This document shows positions 12,812-25,256 of a stretch of DNA of 64,000 nt, piece after piece. This stretch comes from Octopus bimaculoides (Eukaryota): the NCBI RefSeq assembly GCF_001194135.2, contig NC_068992.1, positions 3,121,287 through 3,185,286 of the forward strand. Direction: 5' to 3'. Under the pieces are notes generated by a model. That model was not told the DNA's origin, did not search any database, and worked only from the letters and a program-made list of their open reading frames with translations. The position numbers and the translations under genes were made by a program. The stretch's first letter is position 1, and each line of letters opens with the position of its first letter.

Positions 12812-14756
12812 CAGCAGCTTTCATAATATTAATAAGAAAAACACTGCTTTCTTGTTTCGACACAAGATTGCTACATTCAAAGATAAGGAAATTATATTGG
12901 ATAACATTGATCACTTGTCTCAGACAATGACAGCGTAAATGAAGGGAAATGATTGCAGCTAAGAATTGAAACTCTTTCCCCAGACGCCGTACACGAAAAT
13001 CTTCTCTTTTACTCGCTAGAAATAATATTCACGCTGTTACCACCGATCATTGCACACACGCTCACACAAATACATGCTAATTTCCGAAAAACATTGGTAC
13101 ATGTTTCTTTGTTTTCGATCTAGCTCGAAGCCATGAATATCTATTAAAATCTCAGAGCTATCTTTGCTAATAAAATAAATAACTCAATAAATATTTAACA
13201 GTCTATAAATTTCAATTAAATACCAAATTACTAATGAGTGCTAAACTTAATTACTACGAATTATATGGAGAGCTTTTCTTTCTTAATTATTTTTCATTTC
13301 AATGACAAATTTGAATTAAACTTACAACACAGAGTTGTTTGTTTATTTATTTCTATTTTTATTTTCTTTACTTTTCCTCTGCAATAAAATAGACTAAACT
13401 GACACTTGGAGACGACTTTCAAACTTATTCTTTTGATAATGTACTGTAAAAATGAAGGCCGTGTGTACCAAATCATTGCTTGTTTGCAAGGATAGTGGTC
13501 AACAATTTTTTTCTATATTCTGTTTGACTCTCGCATCGACCCTCTTTAGTTTTTTCAATGCCTGTTGTCTACAATCTAATTACCAATGATGAACTGGAGT
13601 TAAACCCAATTACTACTCATCTATTTTACAGATATATGGCTTTGTGTCGATGTGACAAATGAATATTACAAATTTTTTTGTTTTGCAATCAACTCTACCC
13701 CAACAAAATGGAAATTGTTTAACAGCTGGTTGATTTTTCTTAGCTTCTTTAAATTAACAGAATCTTTTTTTTACTTTCAATTATTCTCACAGTTATTTCT
13801 TTTTCTCTTCCCGTATGAAAAGAAGTTTATTTCACTACGGTAGTTTACATTGAGTACATGGGTTGTGAGGTCTGTTCTAGCCACAGCTATTTTTTTTCCT
13901 TTTGGCGGCGGAATGCGTACATGTTCTCCACCAAGTTGTTAATTATGTGCCTGAGACATCTATGATATACTGTATTCTGTTTGCACGAGAGCACCATCAT
14001 TCTTCTGCAGAACATAATATTATCCGATATTCTGAGCTTTACATCGCATCGAAGTATTTAATATTCATTATTTAAGAGAACAAGAGATGCATCCGGTTTT
14101 GTCTTGCTAGAAGGAGAAAAGATTAATTTATCCGTTGTTGTGGAGATAACACTACTTGGATCTGAGATACTGGCATAGATAATCTAGTTCTGATTCCCAT
14201 GTTATTACAGCAAAGACAGGCAATAAAAAAAGAATGTATGTCGGAGAATCACTCCTTTAAGATTTTCTTAGTGCCTTATAATATTATTCCCCATCTTCGA
14301 ACACTCGGCTTTTATTAAATAGATTAATACATTTAGCGTCTTAGGGTTTCTTTCATCAACGTAGCTTCTGATAAAAATTTATTTCGTGATAACGAATGAC
14401 ATTTAGGCGAAAGAACCCCGCTACAATGGCCTGTTTACAATTTGATAGGGTTGAACAACAGAAGGGTTGACGTGGGTTTCGAGGTCTTGTATCAGACAGG
14501 TCAACAAATGTTTTGGGTGAGAGAATAATTGATTATAGTAATATTAATACGTGGCTTCTACTTGTTTTGTTGGCTCCTAAACGTCGATTACAGCAAGATT
14601 GGAACTTATTGTGAAAGAAGCTGGTACTGAAAATCAAAACAATTACTGTCCAAATACTACAGCAGTGTTTTAAAACTATGAACCCCTTTCTTTTACTTTC
14701 GTTTTTAATAATATTCTTATTATGATTCACAAAAGATAAATGCACTACATGTAGAT

Positions 14757-14787
<31 letters not shown>

Positions 14788-15890
14788 TGGATTTCCCTCG
14801 AAATTGCTGGTTTTGTGTCAGAATTTGAAACCAATATTTAAGTAGGAGACGAGAACTAAAAAACTGTACACGTGGATCTATCACTAGCTTCTATAACGCT
14901 TGCCCTCCAGAACCTGTGTTAGATTTTCCACTGTCCCTTATATTGGATGGTACCAAAAGTAGTACCAACCACTTTGAAAATCCCTGCTCTATCGATTCTA
15001 CCAATTCACAGCCCTTCAGTGTACAATGTGAACAATGCGCCGGTTTCTCACTTGTATGACCAATTTCACTTCCTAAACACTTTCTTTTGCTATTCCTTAT
15101 TTTGTTTCATTACCACTGCGCCCGCACACAAACACACACACACACACACACAATGTCAGCCACTGGAACTATTTCAAAAACTGATATTTCCATCATACCA
15201 TCACTTCAATCGCCGCCACTTTATCATACTCGAGTCTATTATTCAATCATAAACCTCACACACCTACCTTCATTCATCAACTTCATATTCTCATTATTCT
15301 CACTCAGAATTCTTCTCATCGAGATTAATTTGACTATTTAACACTACATTTATCGAAACTGCTATCGAGCAACACCTTGTTTCCATACGATTACCCAAGT
15401 ATAACTCTTCCGAGACATGTTGGGGCTTGTTTATAGCATTTGCTATACATAAAAAACATCAACAGATATTGAATTTTAATCAAAACTGTGCAGAAATCCT
15501 CTACAGATTTTCGTTCAAATGGTTATATCTGAACTTTACCAGGCGGAGCCATTCTCTCTATCACCCTCTTACTTCATTGTTCCCATTATACATTTCTTTA
15601 TCTATTTTATACTTTTTATGTGACTTGCAAATAATTAGAGATTTTTTTTTAATTTCCATTGCCGCTTTTTTGCTAATATTCGTTTTTTCATTATCGCTAT
15701 TACATTCTCATTATTAAGTTTCTCGTTGCATATGAGCTTCATTATTTAATATTCTAAGTTCTTATTATTGGACGTGTGGGAAAATTTCACCCCCTCACAC
15801 AGCATTAAATATTTGGGTGTTCAATATTCATCTCATAGTTCACTCGATCTAGCGTTAAATATTACTTCGATTACTTTCATTTTGTAAACC

Positions 15891-15948
<58 letters not shown>

Positions 15949-15950
<2 letters not shown>

Positions 15951-16072
15951 CGGGCTTCTTTCAGTTTCAGTCTACCAAATCCACTCACGAGGCTTTGGTC
16001 GGCCTGGGCCCGAAGTTATGGTAGAAGACACGCAGTGGGACCGAACACGGAACCATGTGGTTGGGAAACAAG
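15949..16072 (-). mobile_element. SINE family A 5' part with internal deletion, next to (TA)n 15893-15948
   Basis: gacgggcttctttcagtttcagtctaccaaatccactcac...gcagtgggaccgaac is the reverse complement of 11530-11665. Confidence 0.85.
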
Positions 16073-16118
16073 GCTGTCAATCAAGGGTTATATACTACTG
16101 TTAATATTTGAAATTTCC

Positions 16119-16305
16119 AAGGCTAAGCAGGCAAATTGCTTAGGAGTAATTCGCCCGTCTTCACGTTTTGAGTTCAAATTCCGTGAAGGTCGACTTTGCC
16201 TTTCATCCTTTCGGAATCGATAAGTACTAGTTAAATATTGGTGTCGATGTAATCGACTCATACTATCCCCCACACTTGCTGGCTTTGTGCCGAAATTTGA
16301 AATAT
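16119..16305 (+). mobile_element. SINE family B
   Basis: gagttcaaattcc B-box-like motif followed by gtcgactttgcctttcatcctttcgg core. Confidence 0.85.
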
Positions 16306-16509
16306 CTTTACCACATACCACACTTGGTCTCATCATGTATCGATACTTTTCCATATTGATACCTCCGAATATGCATTGCTTCTTCTCTTCTCATCTTTTT
16401 CTTTTTCCTTCCATCCTATCCTTCTTTGTCTAGTTTTATTTTTTTTGTTTTGAGTTTGTTTGTTTTTTTGTTAGCGCTTCCAATAAGTAACGTTTCCCGT
16501 TGGTTATTG

Positions 16510-16608
16510 CCACGAGTCTATAGTAGAAGACATTGCTCAAAATGCCAAGTAGTGAGACAGAACTCGGAACTATGTGGATGGGAAGCAAACTTCTTACCAC
16601 ACAGCCAC
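16510..16608 (-). mobile_element. SINE family A head fragment
   Basis: tagtagaagacattgctcaaaatgcc...cttcttaccacacagccac. Confidence 0.75.
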
Positions 16609-16649
16609 GAGGGTGTAAAATGATGAATATGATTGACAATTTATGAATG

Positions 16650-16900
16650 AATGAGGAAGTAAACGAAACAACGTTATAGAAACAGAAGCATTTTAGAAAC
16701 GCGCCGAGGACAGTCACAACGCGACTAGAATGATAATAATTAGGAAAAAGAGTTACCATTCTATAAATGAAGAACGGTACGATGCACTGATCTATTACAA
16801 AATGTGTTGATGTACACTTGTATGGAGAGTGGCAAGTAATTTTAGATGTTATTTCCAGTGTATTAAATTGGGTGCGTAAGCAATCATTAGGTATTTCTAA
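16650..16900 (+). pseudogene. Possible decayed R4/Dong-type LINE fragment (pre-zinc-knuckle region)
   Basis: IETEAF*KRAEDS resembles ETEG..AAQDQ; DVISSVLNW resembles HD.VA..IHW. Weak. Confidence 0.3.
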
Positions 16901-17254
16901 CTCTCATTCATCTGAATTACGAGGTATTTTGACGATGTTAATACTGGTGACAGAAATTAATAATTCCAAATTTATTCATTTTAAATGTATATTATTTGTA
17001 GAATACCTCGTATGAACGAGCGAAATGTGCACCGCGAATGTGTACGAAAATGAAAGAGGAAGAAAGATATAGAAAATGTGAGAAGAATAATTGGAAAAAA
17101 AAAATAAACAGAAAGAATACAAGATCTAAATAAAAGTATAGATAAATTAGTACAAAAAAAAATACGAGTGGAAATATAATTGACTAGAAAAAATAACTGA
17201 GAAAAACAGTTTGACAAAAGAAAGAATAAAAAGAAATATATATATATATATATT

Positions 17255-17393
17255 TTGTATACTTGTAATATATATATATATATATATATATATTGTATAC
17301 TTGTAATATATATATATATATATATATTGTATACTTGTAATATATATATATATATATTGTATACTTGTAATATATATATATATATATATATAT
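17255..17393. repeat. Compound minisatellite: ttgtatacttgtaa plus variable (TA)n, at least 4 units, running into a gap
   Basis: Direct read of the sequence. Confidence 0.85.
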
Positions 17394-17852
17394 NNNNNNN
17401 NNNNNNNNNNNNNNNNNNNNNNNNNNNNNNNNNNNNNNNNNNNNNNNNNNNNNNNNNNNNNNNNNNNNNNNNNNNNNNNNNNNNNNNNNNNNNNNNNNNN
17501 NNNNNNNNNNNNNNNNNNNNNNNNNNNNNNNNNNNNNNNNNNNNNNNNNNNNNNNNNNNNNNNNNNNNNNNNNNNNNNNNNNNNNNNNNNNNNNNNNNNN
17601 NNNNNNNNNNNNNNNNNNNNNNNNNNNNNNNNNNNNNNNNNNNNNNNNNNNNNNNNNNNNNNNNNNNNNNNNNNNNNNNNNNNNNNNNNNNNNNNNNNNN
17701 NNNNNNNNNNNNNNNNNNNNNNNNNNNNNNNNNNNNNNNNNNNNNNNNNNNNNNNNNNNNNNNNNNNNNNNNNNNNNNNNNNNNNNNNNNNNNNNNNNNN
17801 NNNNTATATATATACACGAGTATGTATGTATGTATGTATGTATGTATGTATG

Positions 17853-18960
17853 TACAAGGACCTACAGCATTACGGAAATAATTCGTTTCTGAAAACTTAT
17901 CGTAACGCAAATTCCCGTAACGGGAAATTAACTTCCCCCGATGATTTTCATGTTATAAAGCGATAATGCGTTCCGACTGATTTCTTTTTTTCCCTCATAA
18001 CAACAACAACAACAGCAAACAATGAGCACAACCACTTTCGTTCACGAAAATAACAATTTCTCAACATACACTGTGCAATATATATAAATATATAAAAAAA
18101 AAACATTTGAAAAGTAATTCGTCAGGGAATAAATAAGAAGTGTAATATCGTAACAGGGTACGTTCTTACCACAAAAGACTGTGACTACTATGTGAGAGTG
18201 GTGGTGAACTGAGAGTTACTGGGAAGATGAGGGATGCTATCTTCCATCTTATAGTTAGTTCATCATCATCAACAACTGCTTGAGGGGCAAAGAACTTCAA
18301 AATCGTTTGATGTTTAACGCGCATTATCAGTGTGTGCACCTCAGCATAAAAACCGAGCTCATCATAAACTTCTCTTGTAATTTTTATGATACACTCACGA
18401 TTAGCGTTGTTATTAGCATATAGGTGCCATCCCTTCAGCAATGTTTTTGTAGTAAACTTAGGTAGAATTGGTGTAATTTCCATATTCTTATCGGAATTCT
18501 AAGCTTGTTTTTTTTTCCAAGCTATATCAGCTTCTTGTCAGATAAACGTTCTCTGTGGAACACTAATAACTCAACTACATGAATTTATAGGACTTCTTAT
18601 ACCTATATCATTTGCAAGTGTCGTAATATCTTTCTGAATTCGATGTAGACGTTCTACTTCTGCAAAAGTTGTAAAGTCATGGACACAGTTTGGCCATATT
18701 TCTTCACACACCATTCACAGTTGGGGGTTTCACTTCGTCTTATGACTCACTTATGCTATGCGTAGCATCCATTATGTTGAACTTCTTACAGAAAACTCTA
18801 ACTGTATGTTCGTTCTTTTTGTCACTCGCTTTATAACAACTTTCTTCTTTTTCAAACTCTGCCCGTTTATTTCTTGACAATGTCATAACTAAATCAAAGC
18901 TTTTCTTTATACTGTTGATATATTTGTATATATTTCCAAGTTGTTCACAAAGAAACAATG
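17853..18960 (-). mobile_element. pogo/Tigger-family transposon 3' half (pseudogenised transposase C-terminus)
   Basis: Minus translation VRVFCKKFNIMDATHSISES*DEVKPPTVNGV / IWPNCVHDFTTF / VVELLVFHRERLSDKKLI / KHQTILKFF matches the Tigger C-terminal pattern (FWK.F.I.DAI..I..SW.EV...KQTSL..YF). Tigger-like end TA-caaggacctacagcattacggaaataattcgtttc at 17853. Confidence 0.7.
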
Positions 18961-19302
18961 TGTAAAGTAGATGTGTTTCTGCAAAAACGGACAGGGTAAG
19001 GTGTTAGTGAAAGTATAAGCGGCATTACAGAGAGATTCCCTCGTTGAAATACATCATTGTTTCCGATGTGTAAGAATAAAATCACCTCTTGTATTTAACT
19101 TCACAATGATAGCCCATGATAAAGTCGGGTTGACTTTGGCCTCGATGTATGCTTCTAGAACTGTACCAGGTCCAAGGGACTTTAACAACCATGTAACGCA
19201 TGTATATATATATATATATATATATATATCATGGAAGCCCCAGATGAACCAAACTCGGACATGAGTGGGTGCCGACGACATACATATAGAAACCCATCTT
19301 AT

Positions 19303-19335
<33 letters not shown>

Positions 19336-19338
<3 letters not shown>

Positions 19339-19520
19339 CTCACCACCGCTTGGCAACCGGTGTTAGTGTGTTTACCGACCCGTAACGTAGCAGTTCGGCA
19401 AAAGAGACCACTAGAATAAATATCAGACAAAAACCTACAAGGGTCGGTTCGTTCGTCTAAAATCCTTCAAGGCGGTGCTCCAGCATGGCCACATTCTAAT
19501 GAATGAAACAAGAAAAAGAT
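19336..19520 (+). mobile_element. SINE family A 3' half
   Basis: caccaccgcttggcaaccggtgttagtgtgttt...gttcggcaaaagagac...gctccagcatggcc...gaaacaag. Confidence 0.8.
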
Positions 19521-20132
19521 TTTTTAAAATTATTCTAGGTTCGAAAGAATACGTGCATAATGATATGCAGAAGAGGCGAATTTAAGACAGAGTGCTGTAG
19601 AATTTATGGATGTCGTAGCTAAGTCTCTTGACTGGCAACAACGGATTAATTAAACATTTTAAGAGATTCAATTAATTTGCACATCATGGACCATAAGTTG
19701 AGTTGAAAATGTAAACGCAGATAATTGTTTCGAAATGGTGCTCCGCCTACGTAGTTGAAAGTCAAAACGGATTAATTCGTTTAAAATAATATTTAAACTA
19801 ATAATTTAATTTAAATTAATACAACTTAATTATTCTATTAATTATAATTTCTCTTTGACTTTTGGTTATATAGGAGGTACTCACTGTGAAACTATTATCC
19901 ATATTGTCTGCCGGACTTTAACTGAGTGGAAATGTTTTTTAATAGTGTTTAACTAAATGCTGTTTCTTTAAATATAAAATTAACGATCCATATTCAAAGT
20001 TCTACGAACTCACTAACAAAATATTTCCTTCTCAACTGATTTCCCACTACATTTTCCCCTTATTCATCACGTTAGAGACGCACTCTGTCCAACTCAAATT
20101 TAATAGTATCTTTGCAATATAGCTTAAACATC

Positions 20133-20349
20133 AAGGCGGCGAACTACCAGAAACGTTAGCACGCTGGGCGAAATGCTTAGCGGTATTTCGTCTGTCTTTA
20201 TGTTCTGAGTTCAAATTCCGCCGAGGTTAACTTTGCCTTTCGCCCTTTCAGGGTTGATAAATTACGTACCAGTTGTGTACTGGATTAGATCTAATCGACT
20301 GGGGCCCTCCCCAAAAACTTCGGGCCTTGTGCCTAGAGTGGAAAAGAAT
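20133..20349 (+). mobile_element. SINE family B, full length
   Basis: aaggcggcgaactaccagaaacgttagcacg head, B-box-like gagttcaaattcc, tail gcctagagtggaaaagaat. Confidence 0.9.
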
Positions 20350-20355
20350 CTTTTA

Positions 20356-20574
20356 AACGCGACGAGCTGGCAGAATCGATAGCACGCCAGGCGAAAAGCT
20401 TAGCGGTATTTCGTTTGTCTTTACGCTCTGAGTTCAAATTCCGCCGAGGTCGACTTTGCCTTTCGTCCTTCCGGGGTCAATAAATTAAGTACCAGTTGCG
20501 TACTGGGTCGATCTAATCGACTGGCTCCCCTCCCCATAACATTTCGGGCTTTGTTCCCAGAGTAGAACAGAATA
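20356..20574 (+). mobile_element. SINE family B, full length, head-to-tail with the previous copy
   Basis: gcgacgagctggcagaatcg head through agagtagaacagaata tail. Confidence 0.9.
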
Positions 20575-20721
20575 TTTCTTAAGTATCTAAAATTTTCCTT
20601 GAAATGGCAATGAAAGACTATATTTTTTATAAACATATTTAGGAATGTATATGTATGTGTATATATGTATATTTATATCTATATATATATACATATATAC
20701 ATTTAAGCACGTATATGTGCA

Positions 20722-21274
20722 CATATACAGGGTGGAGCATGAAAGTAGCCCTGATTTCATAGCATGGTGTAAATAAAGAAATAAATTTACTTACACGACA
20801 AAGCGCCCAGCCTTTCATTTGCATGTGTCATTGTGTTATTTCAACTGCTTCTAACTGCTATTCAGAAGCTATGTCCATTAATTTATTTGTTTGCCTTTGT
20901 CATCCACTTTTAATTGTTAATATGACTTCAGCTTTAGACTTTTCAACATTCATAGGCATGACCTCCTGCTTATATGCGAGACTGCTGCGCCATTTTACGT
21001 GTTGATTTCTTTGGATTTCTTGTAATCCTTTGGCGAATATCCTAAATAACTTCGCCATTCGAACTACAGGGTCTCTTTGTTTTGAGGCATTGTGCACTGA
21101 CTTCATAGCGCGCCACTTCTTAACCAATATCTGTATCGTTCCTTTTGCCAATAAACCCTTAATCGGAAACTTGACATCAACAATTTTATGCGTTTGCTTA
21201 ACAGAATCCGTTCTCATATACACCCCCGCAATCTCCACTATTGCCACTATTGAGAATTTTATCTTCTCAGTCAC
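20722..21274 (-). mobile_element. Internally deleted IS630-Tc1-mariner element retaining a 124-aa N-terminal HTH (DUF4817-like) ORF at 20900-21274
   Basis: TIQILVKKWRAMKSVHNASKQRDPVVR resembles the TI..LV.KF..TGSV.D..RSGRP..R motif. C-terminal remnant TCK*KAGRFVV* and TIR-like TA-cagggtggagcatgaaag at 20722. Catalytic domain absent. Confidence 0.6.
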
Positions 21275-21320
21275 CTTGTCAACTTTTCAGCCCAACTTCG
21301 TATTTAAAAGCTACCTCTAG

Positions 21321-21491
21321 TTTCTTGCCATAGAGGCACAGAGATTTGACAGACTTATACAACGTGCCTTGTATCTCCAAACAGTCTTGAGGCTCAGCAC
21401 ACATAGTTAGGCCCTGAGCCTGAAGATTGCTTAGAGACACAAGGCACTTTATATAAACCTTGCCTAATCTCAGTGTTTCTATAGCCAGAAA
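21321..21491. repeat. 171-bp imperfect palindrome (foldback / MITE-like)
   Basis: Core gtgccttgtatctccaaacagtcttgaggctcag versus ctgagcctgaagattgcttagagacacaaggcac matches 29/34, with a 16-nt loop (21398-21413); outer arms also pair. Confidence 0.8.
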
Positions 21492-21577
21492 ATATAAGTA
21501 ACTCTTATTTTAAATATGGTGTATATTAAATTATATTTATCTCTCGCTGGATGAAGCTCTGTTTTTGATGATCACAT

Positions 21578-21608
21578 AGACAGACAGACAGACAGACAGA
21601 CAGAGAGG

Positions 21609-21670
<62 letters not shown>
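21578..21670. repeat. (AGAC)n-(AGAT)n tetranucleotide repeat
   Basis: Direct read of the sequence. Confidence 0.9.
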
Positions 21671-22174
21671 TGTCTTTATACACACATATTTACATACATG
21701 AATATTATTTTATTTCGTTAGTGATAATATATTAGCAACTTGCAAGTTACAATATTCAGTCTAAGTAAAGAGATCTTCAGACGACAGACTAAATCCGTTT
21801 CTAAATTATCTGCCTCATATATTGGAATTTGTTATGTAGAGTTTCCGGTATTGCCGTTTGGTTAAAAGGTTACTTCCTTTGGGTAGTCAGAAGTAACGAA
21901 ATAACACTGTCTTCCGGATGCTCATACAGACGACAACGAAATATAGAACTAGACGTTAAGAATAAATAACAAAGGAATACTAATTATTTCCTTCATTAAC
22001 TTACAGTTGTTTACAATAAGAGAATAAGCAACACTGCGTAAACAGTAACATATCATACTCCCTCAATATAGCACTGAACAAGCTGAGATGATAAGAACGC
22101 ATTACTTTTTACCTCGTTTTGCTCGCTCGCTTTGTGGAATTGATTTACTCTTGTTTCTTTGCTAAATATTGTTT

Positions 22175-22220
<46 letters not shown>

Positions 22221-23480
22221 TGTGTGTGTGTGTATGTGTGTGGTTCAAATGTACAAAAGCCAAAGACAGAGGTCACAGTCAATTTTATCAATTGGTACGC
22301 AAATACGTTGTCCTCTCCGTATATTTAATCTCAAAGTTATTTCCTTATCGCTACAACAGTATAAGCTCCTCCCACTGATTACGTGTGTATGTGTGTGTGT
22401 AGATGGATATTTATTGATTTGTTCATTCGGTATTGAGATGAAAGATGGGTTGCATGTAATATAGCTTAAGAATATATAATCATTGTTTGTATAAATGGTT
22501 ATGTATTCCACTACGCTAAATAGTTTATCTGAGCCATCTGTTTTTGAAACGGTCGTAACCAAAGAATAAATGTAATACCAATACCTCCATTATTTTACTT
22601 GTTGAATATACAATCAGTCAATAAACTAAATATACACTCATATATTCCATGTGTGGCGCTGCTTCCTAGGCAACGCATTAGCTGGCTAAGTGAGTCTGAA
22701 GATAACTGATGAGTCTTCAACTCTTAGTGAAATACATAAAGATTGTTTTACCGTAAGCGTATAAAGACTGAACTTCTGGAATATTATGCGATACGGATCC
22801 GAGCATTAGTGATTAAGCTTCAACTAGCAGAAAATCAATATGCAGCAACATTGCTCTGTGATGCATGCTTTAAAGCAATAAAAACAACACCATAGACTCG
22901 TTTGATCAGGCTACTGCATGCCTTGTTGCCTCGGAATTCCTTGCTAAAAATTAATGGAGGATCCGCTGTAGTCCTCCTCCACTATTATCTAAGTCATACA
23001 TAAGTCATGATTCGAAATTATACGAGCCAGAAATATTAGGTAAATTTTTGTTCGTGTTCTTTGGGCATCACGTTCGTCTGTGGCAGTCGGAACAACTACT
23101 TCCATAATTTTCCCACTCCTGAGACACGTGGAAGTCATAGATGGTATTTGTCCTGATTCCTTGCTAAGTGCGTGGGTGTGTTCTTTGTTGCTGATGCTCT
23201 GTAAGGATTGCTTTTGGTGTCTAGGATATGAAAGTCATGAAAGTCAGAAATATAAATGTGTGTGTGTGTATATAAGTTCAATTAAAGGTTGCAAACGTCA
23301 TTAAGGTCTAATAAAATCCAAAGAATATATTGGTTTATTACTTATTACATAAAGTACTGAATATTACATTTAATATTCAACTGCAATTGGATAAACCGGG
23401 ATTTATATATATTTTTAAGAAAATAAGAAAAGAGAGATAATTAAATTAATAATTATTTATTAATTACAAATTTGGACATC

Positions 23481-23567
23481 ATCTCTGACAGCTGTTTCGA
23501 TTCAAGTTTTAAGAAATTAATTATTATAATTAAAAACATTTAAAGGTTGAATCTCATCGGAGGTGGG
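23481..23567 (-). ncRNA. Type-I hammerhead-like motif (CAGCUG family), partly decayed
   Basis: cccacct CCGATGA gattcaa [41 nt] ttgaatc GAAA cagctg TC agagat. Perfect 7-bp stem II and GUC triplet; core position 4 is C and stem I is weak. Confidence 0.5.
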
Positions 23568-23681
23568 AAAAGATATACCGTTACCATTTCATGTTATTGT
23601 GTGTTGATTGTATAGGGAGTAAATCCACTAACTCCCTACACTGAACACACAATAATATGAAAATGTAAGGCTATATCTTTT

Positions 23682-23764
23682 CCCACCCTTGATGAGATCC
23701 AACTTTAAAATGCTTTTACTTATGCTAATTAATTTCTTAAGTCCTGAATAGAAACAGCTGTGAG
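23682..23764 (+). ncRNA. Decayed hammerhead-like motif, inverted partner of 23481-23567
   Basis: cccaccc TTGATGA gatccaac..tgaata GAAA cagctg TG ag, then an assembly gap. Confidence 0.35.
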
Positions 23765-24628
23765 NNNNNNNNNNNNNNNNNNNNNNNNNNNNNNNNNNNN
23801 NNNNNNNNNNNNNNNNNNNNNNNNNNNNNNNNNNNNNNNNNNNNNNNNNNNNNNNNNNNNNNNNNNNNNNNNNNNNNNNNNNNNNNNNNNNNNNNNNNNN
23901 NNNNNNNNNNNNNNNNNNNNNNNNNNNNNNNNNNNNNNNNNNNNNNNNNNNNNNNNNNNNNNNNNNNNNNNNNNNNNNNNNNNNNNNNNNNNNNNNNNNN
24001 NNNNNNNNNNNNNNNNNNNNNNNNNNNNNNNNNNNNNNNNNNNNNNNNNNNNNNNNNNNNNNNNNNNNNNNNNNNNNNNNNNNNNNNNNNNNNNNNNNNN
24101 NNNNNNNNNNNNNNNNNNNNNNNNNNNNNNNNNNNNNNNNNNNNNNNNNNNNNNNNNNNNNNNNNNNNNNNNNNNNNNNNNNNNNNNNNNNNNNNNNNNN
24201 NNNNNNNNNNNNNNNNNNNNNNNNNNNNNNNNNNNNNNNNNNNNNNNNNNNNNNNNNNNNNNNNNNNNNNNNNNNNNNNNNNNNNNNNNNNNNNNNNNNN
24301 NNNNNNNNNNNNNNNNNNNNNNNNNNNNNNNNNNNNNNNNNNNNNNNNNNNNNNNNNNNNNNNNNNNNNNNNNNNNNNNNNNNNNNNNNNNNNNNNNNNN
24401 NNNNNNNNNNNNNNNNNNNNNNNNNNNNNNNNNNNNNNNNNNNNNNNNNNNNNNNNNNNNNNNNNNNNNNNNNNNNNNNNNNNNNNNNNNNNNNNNNNNN
24501 NNNNNNNNNNNNNNNNNNNNNNNNNNNNNNNNNNNNNNNNNNNNNNNNNNNNNNNNNNNNNNNNNNNNNNNNNNNNNNNNNNNNNNNNNNNNNNNNNNNN
24601 NNNNNNNNNNNNNNNNNNNNNNNNNNNN

Positions 24629-24681
<53 letters not shown>

Positions 24682-25256
24682 TGCATGCACGCATGTCTGT
24701 ATGAGTATGTTTATTGATACGTGCATGTTTATATTTCTTTAAATTAATGTTTGCCTTATATCGAATCTTTGAATTTTTGTATTTTTCTCTAATTCACGGG
24801 ACTTCAAAACTAGAAATATTCCTGAAGGCTACTCTTCCAGGTCCATTGTTGTTGTAGTTATTGTTAAGTTTATTACTTTGTAAATTTAAATTTAAAAAGT
24901 TATTTCAATGCTTTTAAAGGCTTAGAATATCTTCAAGCATTTTTAAAGCTAATGGCTTCATAAATACGGAGAAATTTTTCTGCATAATGTACACATATAC
25001 ACACAGAATATATTGTGTGTAAGTGAGAGAAAGAGAGAGAGAGACAGAGTGAGAGAGAGAGAGAGCGAAAGAAAGCGTGTATGAAAGGTGTCTGTATGTA
25101 TCATATGTATGTATGTACTATATACATATGTATGTGTACATTATATATGTGCATGTGCGTATATACACATATATACATTGTGTGAGTACGCGCGCGGTGC
25201 GGGTGTTTGTCAATTATGTTTGATACTAAAAAAAGTTAAAATATACGTTTAAACAA

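Larger units (their letters stand above)
23260..23764. mobile_element. AT-rich hammerhead-bearing repeat (Penelope pLTR or retrozyme-like) with inverted duplication centred near 23632
   Basis: gggaaaagatata..ttattgtgtgtt..tagggagt mirrors actcccta..aacacacaataa..tatatcttttccc. The minus-strand body resembles 45150-45500. Confidence 0.6.

Noticed and set aside
13900-14400. Possible decayed Penelope GIY-YIG region on the minus strand (MVLSCKQNTVYHRC)
   Set aside because: Similarity is too weak to call without a profile search.
15150-15420. RTE-like trace on the minus strand (MRRIL..IKWRRLK)
   Set aside because: Plausible but too degenerate to support.
22700-22745. ctgatga..gaaa near 22708 as a hammerhead
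   Set aside because: No stem I or stem II pairing and no stem III/UH geometry.
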